From positions 37,931 through 101,930 of the forward strand of contig MCFE01000293.1 of NCBI GenBank assembly GCA_002104905.1: a stretch of DNA of 64,000 nt, written 5' to 3'. Made by a program: the position numbers and the translations under genes. Shown in pieces: positions 26,165 to 39,261 of this stretch; the stretch's first letter is position 1, and every line of letters starts with the position of its first letter. A model generated the notes under the pieces. That model did not search any database and was not told the DNA's origin. It was given only the letters and a program-made list of their open reading frames with translations. The DNA is from Basidiobolus meristosporus CBS 931.73 (lineage: Eukaryota > Fungi > Basidiobolomycota).

Positions 26165-26532
26165 ACTTGGTGCTGTTGTTCATTCACTGGTTTCTATATG
26201 TCCTGGCCTTCAGCTGGCACTGCAAGGTCTAGCACCTCATCTGCCAGTCTTTGCAGTAAACTCTTGGACTATTAAAGTGCATTATCCTAAGCACTGCTCT
26301 TCAAGAAGTGTTCCAACCATTTGCCATGCCTGTTATTGCCCCAAAACTCTGCTGCAGGCTTTGCAATGGTCTTTCAAGCTGATAATACTGTTGCTTAGTC
26401 TGTCAGCAAGATCTCCACCCTGTCCACAATTGAGGATGTGAAGGCTAGGACATATAAATTGCATTGATCTGCAAGCTCATCTACATCACTTTAGTGTTGG
26501 TCAACTGGCCGCACTTCCAACTCTTGAGAAAA
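26165..26532 (+). mobile_element. E-family accessory-gene fragment
   Basis: Aligns with E3 ~49280-49650. High identity to the reverse complement of 41626-41990. Confidence 0.8.
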
Positions 26533-27950
26533 TGTTGCAAAGCTTGTAACTCCACCTAAATATTGACCTAGCTTAGTCACTCAGACCATTACCTTCTAGT
26601 CCTGGAGAATTCTGACAAAATTCTTTGTTGGGATTTACTTACAATGTTTTTGCCACACTATCAGGTGCCCTGAACATGAAAATTTTCAAAGTTGTCCGGG
26701 CAGCATCAAAATTTACACACAGGCTCTTGAGACCTTCCTAATCCTATTGTATGTGTCTGCTATGCCAAGACCATGTAAAAGTATTATCACAACTTTTACA
26801 TTCAATAAATCAGTAAGTGAAAAGCACATGTCATGCCTCTCCCAATCACTTCCAATATCTACAAGATGCTCACAAGAGTCATGAGCCCTAAGCAGTCACT
26901 CTCTGCAATATCTAATGCTGCTACACTGAGGTTGTTTCCACTACTGAAAAGTGGGATGGATCTAACTACCAAGTGGACAAAGTGAAGATGAACATGCTGC
27001 TACAAGAAAGAGGCCTTTACAATATTCTCATGGGAGAAAAATACCCTCCCAAGAACATGGGACAGGAAGCCCTTAAATACCAGAAGAAAGAGCCAAGTGC
27101 CTGTAATTGAAATTGCCTTGGTGTCAAAGACAAAATTCTATCTAATGCTCAAGAGCAAAAATGGCAAAGAATGCCTATAAAGTATCAGAAGAAGCCATCA
27201 GTCATGCTCAGCTGCTAAGAAAATGTATCTTGGATGATAACTTCTTTACTACAAAGATGCCACCAAGCAAATTAATGAGAATCTAGTCAACATGGTTACC
27301 TAGCAGGTGAATGAAATGGAATCTGTGGGTGTACCAACTACTGATGAGTATGTGCTCATTGCCATCCTGAATAGCCAGATAGACAAGCTTCAGGGCCTGG
27401 TAACAACCTCAGAGTCCAGAGCTGATGATTCAACTGTAAATTTTGCATATGGATGGCTCCTGCATGAAGAATTATGAAAATCAAGTGCTGATAAGAAGAA
27501 AGAAGAAAATGCTTCAATAGGCAGTGGTAAACAACCATCAAGAGACTCAAGACCCTTTATAGACATCAGCAACCTGCTTTGCAACTGCCACAAAAGGAAA
27601 GGACACACATCAGAACCAGTGTCACAAAAAGAAAGATAATCTGCAAAAGAAGCCTGAATTTGAAAATGCTGAAACAACTGCAGATAGACTATTCATACCT
27701 GCACTAAATATTACCACAAACAAGGATTCTCAGACATGGTACATTAACTCTGGAGCATCTCAACACTTTATACACCAAAAAGAGCTTTTCACCCAATACC
27801 AAGAAATTCCAATTAAAAAGACTTCCATGATTGACAATGAAACACTTGATGCAGTGGGAGAAGAAACTATCCAAATATGCCTTAGAAGCAGTGAAGGAAG
27901 CCATACACTGACCTTTGAAGAAATATTCAATTACCAGAAATAGCCTAAGG
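26533..27950 (+). mobile_element. Truncated C1-like copia (5' LTR, degenerate PBS, gag/protease remnant)
   Basis: LTR ~26533-26875, then AGTCATGAGCCC, then sequence aligning to C1a 7120-8190 with many stops. Confidence 0.85.
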
Positions 27951-29392
27951 GCATTGCAAACTCACCTGCCTCAGTTTGCACTGGGCAACCAGTACAGCTA
28001 GGTGCCTTAACAGAAGTATCAAGCAGCTGGCAAGAAGTTGCTAGTACAGTAGTGACTGATGAATAGTCAAATATCATTTGGGTGCCAAAACACTGGTCAT
28101 GAACCTGGTAATACATACTATGCTGTCTGTGTGCTTCATGGCTGAGAGGCTTGCTACAATAGCCACATGGTCATTTTCTCTTCTCTTATGGCATTGAATT
28201 AAAGTAGTCATGTCTATGGGGTAAACAGTCTGACACTCAACAACATAACACTATTTTATCAATTTTTTTTCAATACCAATGTGAATTTAAGACAGTCTTG
28301 TATTTGAGACATTGTGCCTCCATGAATGTAAGATTCAATGATAGCCTGCCATAGTAAGGATTGCAAATAAAGTTGTGGCACCACATACACATGTATATGT
28401 ACCCCATTTCCCCTTTGGTTTGACTCACTTCCACAAAGTGCGGTCAAAAAATAAAGAAAAGTTTTTAGTTTCCCAACCAACCTTGCCACTGACAGCAGCC
28501 AAAGAATGGTTAGACAACAACTTGCTTTGACATTCTGTGCAACAAGCAGGGCTACAACCAAACAGGCCCTGTAGGCAGTATGTGCACTAAAGGGTAATAA
28601 TGCCAACTCCTCAGGCTCTCAGCCAGGTATGCAATTGGGAATCTCTATGGATCTGCAAGCTGGACTTATTGCTGAGGCAGACCAGAATGTGGCAAAAGCA
28701 GTATCATCAGTTGAAGACCAGCAGGTAGTTGCCATAACATCACCACCACCCATATTGGCAAGTATATTCTCTGCTCATGCCAAAGCATTAATGAGGCAAT
28801 TAGGTGCAATGGTTCATAGGATAGATGCAATGGCCCAGATAAATCAGGAAATAGTCCAGAAACAGGATAAGCAGATAAAAGGTGCATATAAATCAATATT
28901 CCAGGTTGAGAAAGCAGTATCTTTGCTGCAAAGCGGGAATTCAATTAGCTCAATGTCATAGCCTAGAATTGAGCCATCTTCCAATATAACAGCAGAGCAA
29001 GACACTACAGTCTTTGAAGCACAGCAACAGTGCCCAGAGATAAAGCCCGGAGAAAAACCTATCACAGCATGGGAGGGAGAAGCCACAGTGTTTACACTAA
29101 AGGCTAAAAATCAAAAGATATTGGAGATCTGTGAAGTCACCAAGTGTTGTGATGAAGAGTGAGCTAAAACTCAAAAGGCTGTTGGAAGTCTAGCACACCA
29201 ACACCTTGAAGCCAGCATACCATGGAACCATCAGGAGCTCAAGGCCAAGCAGGATGCACTTGACCTGTTCCATAAGCATTATCTGGAACTCAAACAATCA
29301 AACAGATTTTGGACCAGCATTGGTATGCTAAAAAAGTATTTCAAGAATAGTAGAAACTCTCAGAGGCAGAGAAACAAGGATGGAATGGCTAA
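27950..29392 (-). mobile_element. E4: central fragment of E family in reverse orientation
   Basis: 27950-28320 is the reverse complement of E3 54640-55020. 28330-29392 carries the accessory gene on the + strand. Cut by a gypsy LTR at 29393. Confidence 0.85.
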
Positions 29393-30031
29393 GTTACAAG
29401 TCTTGGTGTAAGAGTTGTAGAGGAATAGGGAGTTTAGCTAGCATTGCATTCACTGGAACTTGAACTGATTTTTACTGAGGTTCCAGCAGCTCCTTATATA
29501 CATTTTGCCAGATCAATTGCTGACTAATTGTACTTCTTATTGTAGGCTGTGGCTGGCAACTCATTTGATCGCATCATCATCACCCAATAAAATCCTACTC
29601 CATATATCTATATCAGTCTGATAAGGACCTACTAATTCATTTGCTGACTAATGCTACTGATTTGATAGATATTACTGATATACTGAAAAGCTAAACATAT
29701 AACTAATTGATTTGACTAAAAACTGATCTGACCTAAGCATTTAAGCAGTAAACTATAACAACATCCCCTACTAAAGTTGAGAGGGTTCTCCTGAATCTCT
29801 TTTCTTGTGATGCCAATATCTTTATGGTTCAGTATTATCAGCAAGTCTGGCAAGCTTGAGTGTGTCACTATGCACTGAGTCTTCCTGGACATTCCCTTGT
29901 TTGTCCACTAGTTGGTAAGATGCAAATGAACATTCTCTGATGATCTTAAATGGTCCTGTCCATTGTAACTCAAACTTCTTCCAAGTGTTGTTTCTTAGCA
30001 ATACAAAGTTCCCAGCCGTCAATGATTCTGG
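29393..30031 (-). mobile_element. G-a: gypsy 3' LTR, PPT and integrase tail
   Basis: LTR 29393-29760, PPT next to 29761, integrase C-terminus FELQWTGPFKII (GPF motif). Confidence 0.9.
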
Positions 30032-33000
30032 TGTTACAAGTCTTGGTATAAGAGTTGTAGAGGAATAAGGAGTTTAGCTAGTATGTATTCACTAAAACTT
30101 GAACTGATCTTTATTGTGGTTAGAGCAGCTCCTTATATACATTTTTCCAGATCAATTGCTGACTAATTGTATTTCCTAATGTAGGTTGCGGCTGATGACT
30201 CATTTAATTGCATCATCATCACCCAATAAGATCCTACTTAATATATCTATTTCTGTCTGATAAGGATCTCCTGATTCATTTGCATACTAATGTTACTGAT
30301 TTGATATATAATACTGATATACTGAAAAGCTAAACATATAACTAATTGATTTGACTAAAAACTGATCTAACTTAAACATTCAAGTGGCAGATCATAGCAT
30401 TCTCCCCTACTAAAGTTGAGAGGGTTCTCCTGAATCTCTTTTCTAGTGATAACAATATCTTGATGGTTCAGAATTGTCAGCAAGTCTTGGAAGCTTGAGT
30501 CTGTCTCTACAAACTAAATCTTCCAAGATAATCCCTTGTTTATTCACTAGTTGGTAAGTTGCAAATGGACATTCTCTGATGATCTTGAATGGTCCTGTTC
30601 ATTGTGGCTCAAACTTTTCCAAGTGTTGTTTCTTAGCAATACAAAGTTCCCTACTGTCAATGCTTCTGGTGCTATAGTCTTATCAAATCTCTGCTTCATC
30701 TTTTCTGCACTTTGAGATACTTTGGCCTGTGCCTCTTGTTGTCTTTGTTCCAAATGCTGGTGTCTACTGGGCTGACCAAGTTCATCTTCTAAGGCATCTG
30801 TAGGCTTAGGTTGTGTGAGATCTCCTGGAATCCTTGGTTCACATCCATATACTAAGTAAAACGTTGATTGTTGGGTAGTGTTGTGCACTCTAACTCTGCA
30901 GGCAAAAAGTGCTTAGTCTATATACTCATCCCATCTACTGACAGCTACATTTGCATACTTGGTCAGCATTTTTCTAAATAATCCATTAAAGCGGACAGTG
31001 ACTCCATTAGTTCTGGGGTGATGTGCCAAGTTTTTGAAGTGTTTAATCTGTTGCATTTCCAGGTAAGCCTCTAATGTCTTTGCAATAAAGTTTGCTCCTC
31101 TATCAGATAAGATCTCCACAGGGCATCCAAACTTCATTGGGATCTCATGGTAAATGAAACTTGCAACTTCTTGTTCACTGGCTATTGGTACAGCTTTAGC
31201 CACTGGCCATCTAGTGGCATGGTCAATTGCTACTAGGATCTGACGGTTGCATCTCCTAGTGGTTGGCAGCCTTCCAATAAAGTCAATTCCCTATCTTTCA
31301 AATGGTCTGACAGGCTCCAAAGGGATGAGTTTGGCAATTCTTTGTAGCTAGCCTCGATTGATTTGGCAGTTTGGGCATGTTTTCACTAGCTTCTCAATAT
31401 CTTGTTTCATTCTGGGCCACCATGCTCTGGCTTTCACAAGGCTATAGGTTCCTTCAATCCCAAGATGTCCATATCCATTGTGTAGCTTATGTATTAAATC
31501 CAGGCAAGCAACATAAGGACAATAGACAATAGGGCTTCCATCAACAATTTGGTAGAGTGTTTCATCCTGTACAACAAATTTGCTGGCTTCATCCCGGATT
31601 ATCTTCTTTATCTCTTCATCCACCTGATTAGGAATGGCTTGGTCCTCCAAGTATTGTGGTAATAAGCTAGGCCAATCCAATTCATGCACCAAGTTGAGTT
31701 GTGCAACTTGATCAAATCTCAATAAGGCATTGGCAAGTGTGTTGTTTTTCCAGGGCTGTAGACAATCTCCAAGTCAAATTGCTGAATGTATTCACTTCAT
31801 CTTGTCATTCTTCTAGAGAGAACCTTCTGAGTAAATAAATACTTGAGGGTGGCATGATCAGTCTTCACAGTGCATTTGACTCCTTCAGTATAGCATCTCC
31901 ATGTCTTCCAACAGTGTATTATAGCAAGCATCTCCTTCTCATGGACTGGATAGTTTTGTTCTGCTGAGTTCAGTTTCTTGGATTCAAAGACAACAGGGTA
32001 GTCCTTTCCTTTGTGTTCTTGGCTCAACACTCCACCAATTGCATAATCTAAAGCATCTGTGCACAGAGTGAACTCATTTCTGAAGTCTGGTATTCTTAAG
32101 CTTGGAAGCATAGCAAGTTCATTCCTGAGCATCTGGATGGCAGTCTCACAAGCTATGTCCCACTTGTAGCTATTGTCTTTCTTGAAGATATCAGTTAAAG
32201 GGGCTGTAATACTTCAAAAGACTTGACAAATCTCCAATAATAGGAAACCATTCCAAGGAATGATCTGAGCTCTGATATGCTATGGGGCTGCTTCAGATTC
32301 TTGATTACTTCCACCTTCCTAGGGTCTAAGGTTACTCCTGTGCTAGTCACTATGTGTCCCAGATATTCAACATGTTCCTTAAAGAATTCACACTTGGGTA
32401 GCTTGCCATAGAGCTTGTTCTCTCTTAGCTTCTTCAAGACCTTTTCAATGTGCACCAAGTGATCCACTTCTGTCTTGCTGTATATCAGTACATCATCTAG
32501 GTGGATTATGACAAACATGTCTAAGTACTCCTGGAAGACAGTCTGCATCAGGGTCATGAATGATGCAGGGGCATTGGTAAGGCCAAAACTCATGACTAAG
32601 AACTTGTAATGTTCATATCTGGTCCTGAATGCTGTCTTAGGGATATCCTCTGGTTTCACCCTAATCTAGTTGTATCCTGACATGAGGTCAATCTTGCTGA
32701 ATATGGTGGCTCCATTAAGTTGCTCCAAAAGCTCATCAATCTAAGGTATAGGGTACAAATTCTTGATGGTAACTGAGTTGAGGGCTCTGTGGTCAATGCA
32801 CATCCTAAGTGTTTCATCCTTCTTCTTCACAAAAAGTACTGGTGCTCCCAAGGTGACTTGCTGGGTCTGATGTATCCTTGCGCCAATAGCTGATTAATTT
32901 GTCTCTTCATTTCCTCCAATTCCAATGGACTCATTCTGTAAGGTGTCTTGCTCACTGGTGGGCTATCTCCTGTGTCAATGGCATGATCCATGTCTCTGAC

Positions 33001-33220
33001 TGGTGGTAGGCTTACAAGCTCATCTGGAAACACAACTGAATATTTCTTCAAGAGAGTCTGGACCTGCTGGGGTGCTGAGGTAGAGGAATCCTACTGTAAT
33101 ACCGCCATGAGGAACATCTGGGTACCTTTTCTAAGTGCTCTACAGAGCTGGGTCTTGCTAAGTTCACTTGTCTCACATATACTGGAATTGACTAAGTTGA
33201 AATCCAGCCTGGCAGGTAAT

Positions 33221-35952
33221 AGACTTGTTCCATTGTACCATGCCAGGGCATGCAGCGCAATTCACAGTTGTAAAGAACAATTGGGCGCGCTATAATAGCT
33301 ACAGGAAGGCAGGATTGTTCTTGGACAATTTTGCACTATGCGGGACAATCTTGCACACTATGGCACAATCTGACACAATGAGGTTGGCACGGATGATTGC
33401 ACCAACTTGTAATGTTTGCATCATGTGTGCAATTGGATACCACTATTATGGCAGGTAAAATCTGGTATTTGGATATGTTTCTTTAATGTAAATGGAAATA
33501 AATGTGTATCACACTATAAACTACACTGATACTTACCATTTTGGTTACCCTCACTCCAATTGGACGGCATCTCAGTGGTTAATTGGTCCAAAAGTATCTG
33601 AAGCTGCCAGTCCCCAATTGGCTCATTGACTACTGAAAAAGCTGTTGCAACTTAAGAAGTGATTTGGATATAAGGAACTTATCAAGAAATAGTGATAATA
33701 GTTGAACTGTTGTTTATTCATAAAGAAGCTCAGTATTTATACCTTTGTAGAAGTAATACAGCTGCAACACTAAGTAGGGAGGGTTTCTCAATATTCAGGA
33801 GCATTCTGTAACAGTTTCAGGGTTAGTACATAATGTTTGGTAATAGTGCTAATTTGATCCTGACTATAGGGGAATAATCATAAGATCATATATCTGGAGA
33901 AAGTGGCAAAGTTAAGGCAGTAAATGAGACCTACAATGACTAAGACTAGCCTAGAATTGTTAAGTAAATTTTTAGCTGCTGAATGATACCAAATAGTCCA
34001 ATATTTCAACAAAAGCTACCTGATTTGCCATCAAATATCCCATTTTGCCCATTGAGCAAGTAAATCCCTGATTCTGGTGATTGGACAAGGTGTCATAGCT
34101 AGCACGTGAGCAATTGTGTAGGTGCAAAACAGATCCAATAGCTGCACTGGTGTTACAGATGACGTATATATATGCAAGGTGTTTATTTATAGGGGTTCTG
34201 TCTCAAATGTGAGACAACCTTGATATTACGCATATTAAAAATTTGATGATCACTGATTTGCAATGGCTTGATTGGGATTGCAAAAAAAATGGGTTGTTGG
34301 GATCATTACAAATGTGAGCAATTCAAAGCCATTGCATCATCTTCTCCTGGGTTTTTTTCTCACAGGGATTACTACTGAAGCATATGGTAGTGACTCACTT
34401 TGCACACCTATACTACTTCCTGGCTGACTATCATCTTGGCTACATGTGTATTTGTAGTCAGTATTTTGCCTCTTAGTTGATGAGTGCAATGCTGCAGCTT
34501 GGCCGCACTGAATTGCTCCGGCTGTACCAGCTAGACCGGCCTGTAGGGCCACGCGCTGATGTGTTCTTTTACTTGCTAAGGGCTCTGGTGGTTGAGGCAC
34601 TTCATGTTGGTCATCATCAGTCAGTTCACCACAAGTAACTTGCTGATGATCAGGCAAAATGGCATGCGCAGGCGCGCCTTGACGCGTTGAGATAGCCCTT
34701 GGCTGAGTTCAATGTAATGCTGCATGTTGATGCAACTTGGTCTGCTCCAATGGACTTGTGTCTAAATGAGCAGTTTGGCAAGTTTTTGTGTTTTGCTTTG
34801 AAGCGCGCGCATTGACTCAATGTGGGGCATTCTGGTAAAGGGTGTTGGCGTGGTCTGGACTGACGTGCACCAGCATGCTGTGGTTGCAAGAGATGGTAGG
34901 AAATCCAGCAAGGTGTGCTGGCGCAATCTGGACAATGTTGCTTGCGGTCTGTATTCTTCCTCCTGAAGCTCACCATCTGATTCCTCAACGTATTCACTTA
35001 CCCTCTGTCTGATACTTTGGAGCTGTTGCCTGGATGAGTCCTGTGTATATTGCTCTTGGAAGCCACTTAGCTCTACTAATATATCACGTGGTACATTAGT
35101 CATTTGAGGCAAAAACTCATGGAGAACCACCTTGCAGATGGTATGAATGGCTTAGAGCAAGCTTGGAATACTAGGTTCAGAAGCTCCAATAGACTTCCAT
35201 ATCCCAGAGTGTTCAGCAACAGCTTACATATCAGGAGTATTTTGGATACCTTCCCAGTGAGGATTAACAGACCTTCTAGAGGGCAGAGGCACTTTTATTC
35301 TGGCAAGTGCAAGGCACACTGTGTGAAGTTTCAAGCACTGACTGACATTGAGGGTAATATCATCTGGTTTAGTGGGCCATTTGCTGGAAGTAGGCATGAC
35401 AAAGCGCTCTGGGTAGAGAATCATCCTGAATTCAGTAGAGGGGAGAAATGAATGGCAGACTTAGCCTATATAGGAGAGGATTGTCAGAGATTAGGATGTA
35501 TTACAGCTTATAGGAAGCCAAGAAATGGTGTGCTTAGCAGGAAGCAGAAGCTCTACAATGAGACATTTGATCATTTTAGAGTGGTGTTAGAGCATACATT
35601 TAAATATATGAAGAGATTCAGCATATTGGCCGGTAAATACAGAGGAAAGTCATATATAGAAGAAAATAGCAAAATAGGTAAAATAGCTAAGAAACATATC
35701 AATGCACAGTATATTCATACAAGCAGACATCCACCAAGAGAAATATGTCTGGAGCATTATGAAGAGTAAATAAAGCAAGGAAAGCACTATTCTGAGCAAC
35801 GTAAGTAAGATTGAGTAATATTACCAGTAACTGTATCATACCACTGGCATCATGGTAGCTATTATAGTGCCAGATAGTGCCGTAGAGTGCCAGATTGATC
35901 TGGCACCACAAACAGGCTGGCACTATGTGGCACTATCCAACAGAACAAGTCT
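33221..35952 (+). mobile_element. P1: PHIS-type DNA transposon with ~1.03-kb central deletion
   Basis: TIRs AGACTTGTTCCATTG / CAGAACAAGTCT. TSD AAT/AGT. Removing the insertion restores the gypsy frame TYQLLPARLDFN. Transposase 3' part at 35120-35769. Confidence 0.93.
33643..34011 (-). repeat. Solo LTR of family C2 inside P1
   Basis: TGTTGCA...TTTCAACA with perfect TSD AAAGC (33638-33642, 34012-34016). Confidence 0.95.
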
Positions 35953-36603
35953 AGTAGCTGATAGGTCTTGTTGTCCTTTCGAATCTGAGTAGCATGGGTT
36001 CTCCAGTTGATTGAAGGATTACAATAAAATAGCCAGGTTTTTCCAAGTACAAGGTCAAACTTGCAGTTCCCAAATATATAAGCCTGTAGGTCTTCTTCAT
36101 AGTCATTGATTTTCATTCTTACTGGCTGGGTAATACGGTTGATTAAGTGAGAGTTCCCATCAGCTGGGGAGACTGAAGTTGATTTGGTAGGATCTGAGTA
36201 GACACCAGCTTTCAAGGCAAATTATTCTGACATGTATTCATGTGATGCTCCTGAATCAATCATGATTTTGGCAGGTACTCCATTGATTACTCCATTTAAG
36301 TACAATAACATCCCTGAGTTTGAGGTCATTTGGGACAAGTACTCTTCAGTCATATGGAAGGTAGGTTCCAAGTCTTCCTCAAGCTTATCCTCCACATTAC
36401 AGTGTTCATGGGACTCAATATAGTTGAAGGTTCTTGTTGGCTGGTGTCCATTTCTTCTGTGGGGGCAGTACTTTGAGATGTGTCCTTGCTGGTGGCAATT
36501 AGAACAAAGTCCTTTCTTCCTGCATTCTTCTGTGGTGGTGTTCTTCTGCATAGCATCTATTTCCATTGGTACTACTTCTGACTGTCTTCTTTTACAATGA
36601 TTG

Positions 36604-38690
36604 TGTTACAAGTCTTGGTATAAGAGTTGTAGAGGAATAGGGAGTTTAGCTAGTATTGTATTCACTAAAACTTGAACTGATTTTTATTGAGGTTCCAGCA
36701 GCTCCTTGTATACATTTTGCCAGATCAATTGCTGGCTAATTGTATTTCCTAATGTAGGTTGTGGTGAGGACTCAATTGATTGCATCATCATCACCCAATA
36801 AGATCCTACTAAATATATCTATTTCAGTCTGATAAAGATCTGCTGATTCATTTGCTGACTAATGCTACTGATTTGATAGATAATACTGATATACTGATAA
36901 CCTAAACATATAATAATTGATTGGACTAAAAACTGATCTAACTTAAACATTCAAGCCGCAGATCATAACATTCTCCACTACTAAAGTTGAGAGGGTTCTC
37001 CTGAATCTCTTTTCTTGTGATACCAATATTTTGATGGTTCAGTATTATCAGCAAGTCTTGCAAGCTTGAGTCTGTCCCTACGCAATAGGTCCTCCCGGAA
37101 ATTGCCTTCTTTGTCCACCAGTTGGTAAGTTAGTTCTAGAGTGATATGCCAAGGTTTTCAAGTATCTGATCTGCTGCATTTCCAGGCAAACCTCTAATGT
37201 CTTTGCCATAAAGTTTGCTTCTCTATCAGATAAGATCTTCACAGGGCATCCAAACTTCATTAGGATCTCATGGTAAATGAAACTTGCAACTTCTTGTTCA
37301 CTGGCTATTGGTACAGCTTTAGCCACTGGCCATTTAGTGGCATGGTCAATTGCTACTAGGATCTGATGGTTGCATCTCCTAGTGGCTGGCAGTCTTCCAA
37401 TAAAGTCAATTCCCCATCTTTCAAATGGTCTGACAGGCTCCAAGGGAAAGAGCTCAGCAATTCTCTGTGATTGGCTTTGGTTGATTTGGCAATTTGGGCA
37501 TGTTTTCACTGGCTTCTCAATGTCTTGTTTCATTCTGGGCCACCATGCTCTGGCTTTCACAAGGCTATAGGTTCCTTCAATCCCAAGATGTCCATATCCA
37601 TTGTGTAGCTTATGTATTAAATCCAGGCAAGCAACATAAGGACAATAGGCAATAGGGCTTCCATCAACAATTTGGTAGAGTGTTTCATCCTGTACAACAA
37701 ATTTGCTGGCTTCATCACCAATTATCTTCTTGATATCTTCATCCACCTCATTAGGAATGGCTTGGTCCTCCAAGTACTTTGGTAATAGGCAAGGCCAATC
37801 TGATTCATGCACTAAGTTGAGTTGTGCAACTTGATCTAATTTTGATAAGGCATCACCAACTGTGTTGTTTTTTCCAGGGCTGTAGACAATCTCCAGGTCA
37901 AATTGCTGAATGTATTCACTCCATCTTGTCATTCTTCTAGAGAGTAACTTCTGAGTAAATATATACTTGAGGGAGGCATGATCAGTCTTTGCAGTGCATT
38001 TGACTCCTTCAATATAGCATCTCTGTGTCTTCCAACAGTGTATTATAGCAAGCATCTCCTTCTCATGGACTGGATAGTTTTGTTCTGCTGAGTTCAGTTT
38101 CTCCGATTCAAAGACAACAGGGTAGTCCTTTCCTTTGTGTTCTTGGCTCAACACTCCACCAATTGCATTAACTGAAGCATCTGTGCACAGAGTGAACTCT
38201 TTTCTTGGTGGCTGACCTGATCTTGTTGTGGTACCACTGTAAAGCTGCATTTGCCAGGAAAGAGGCTGCATAATGCAACTTGCTTTCTGGAGAAATTCCG
38301 TGAGCCGTGAAAGCCTCTTCAATCTGGAAGAGCCAAGTCCCCAGGTTTTCATTGACTCTACCATGGTACTGGTTGACCTTCACACACAAGTTGCTCTTGA
38401 CAGCGTTTTGCTGGCTTTGGGCCATGGTAGTCATTCCTTGTTGCTGCTGGCTAAGGATCTGGAGGAACTGTTGCCGCTGGTCCAGGATTTGTTGCATAGC
38501 ATTCTACCATTCTTGATTGTTGGACCTCTTGAGGGATGCTTCTTCTTTCTTCAGGAGGGATGTTTCTGGTTATTGCTGCTACCGCTGTTACAAGTCTTGG
38601 TATAAGAGTTGTAGAGGAAAAGGGAGTTTAGCTAGTATTGCATTCACTAAAACTTGAACTGATCTTTATTGAGGTTCCATCAGACTTTGA
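36604..38690 (-). mobile_element. G-c: doubly deleted gypsy copy inserted in the G-b gag, 5' LTR truncated
   Basis: 3' LTR 36604-36970. Integrase has an internal deletion near 37130. RNase H is joined directly to gag near 38200. Second LTR starts at 38586 and breaks off near 38690. Confidence 0.85.
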
Positions 38691-38777
38691 TTAGTACCAC
38701 ATCTGTAAAGAGACTGCTAAGCTCACAAGAATCCAATCTAAGTTCTACAAGAAAACTACCACTTTTCTGTTGGAAAA

Positions 38778-38950
38778 GTCCCCTTTAAGAAACTACTTTA
38801 GTCTGAAGACCCCTTTAGACACCCCTTTAAGAAGCCGCTTTAGGCACCCCTTTAGTGCATATCCACTTTAGAGACCATTACAAGCAGCCCCTTAACTCTA
38901 AAGACACCCCTTTAGAGACTTCTACAGCATATCCCTTTAGGTCAAAGGGG
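38778..38950. repeat. Cluster of ~10 degenerate (A)CCCCTTTAG motifs ending in a short hairpin
   Basis: Motif recurs with irregular spacing. CCCTTT-AGGTC-AAAGGG at ~38933-38949 is an inverted repeat. Confidence 0.75.
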
Positions 38951-39261
38951 AGTTCAGGCCTTTCATATTAGGAAGTATTCTCTCAGAAAGGGAAAGAACT
39001 CTCAAATAAGGAAAGTTACTATAAAGTAAATAAGCCCAATAGTCAACAGAAGGTCAGAACACAGCTGTAGAAGTCAGAATCACTGCCTAAAGTATATTTG
39101 GAGCCTGAGATTGGGGGTATTAGTGAAAGTTATATCTTCTATGGGTATAGCAAGCTTCCAAAAAATTATTTCAGTATTAGTATACTGGATGTTGTTGTAT
39201 ATTGTTAATTAGCCTTTACATTGTATTACAAGCCCCAAACTAATCATACTACAACAAAACA

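Larger units (their letters stand above)
30032..36603 (-). mobile_element. G-b: Ty3/gypsy element lacking its 5' end, interrupted by P1
   Basis: 3' LTR 30032-30399. Gypsy order on the minus strand: zinc knuckle CSNCHQQGHISKYC, protease IDSGASHEY, RT (KTAFRTRY, HLDDVLIYS), RNase H (CTDALDYAIGGVL), integrase (HNGYGHLG, GPF). No chromodomain before the PPT. Confidence 0.95.

Noticed and set aside
30400-30550. Chromodomain at the gypsy integrase C-terminus
   Set aside because: The frame ends about 50 residues after the GPF motif and the PPT follows directly.
30020-36610. Shared CAATGATT just outside two G-into-G insertion points
   Set aside because: The offsets from the LTR differ (30031 vs 36603), and the G solo LTR target (AAGT) is unrelated; probably chance.
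37078-38364. 428-aa ORF as a novel fusion protein
   Set aside because: It is a product of two deletions in G-c. The N-terminal part is out-of-frame gag and the C-terminal part is out-of-frame integrase.
38778-38950. Telomeric repeat or CRISPR array
   Set aside because: The motif is CCCCTTTA, not CCCTAA. Spacing is short and irregular, with no 25-45-bp repeats, spacers or cas genes, and the context is eukaryotic.
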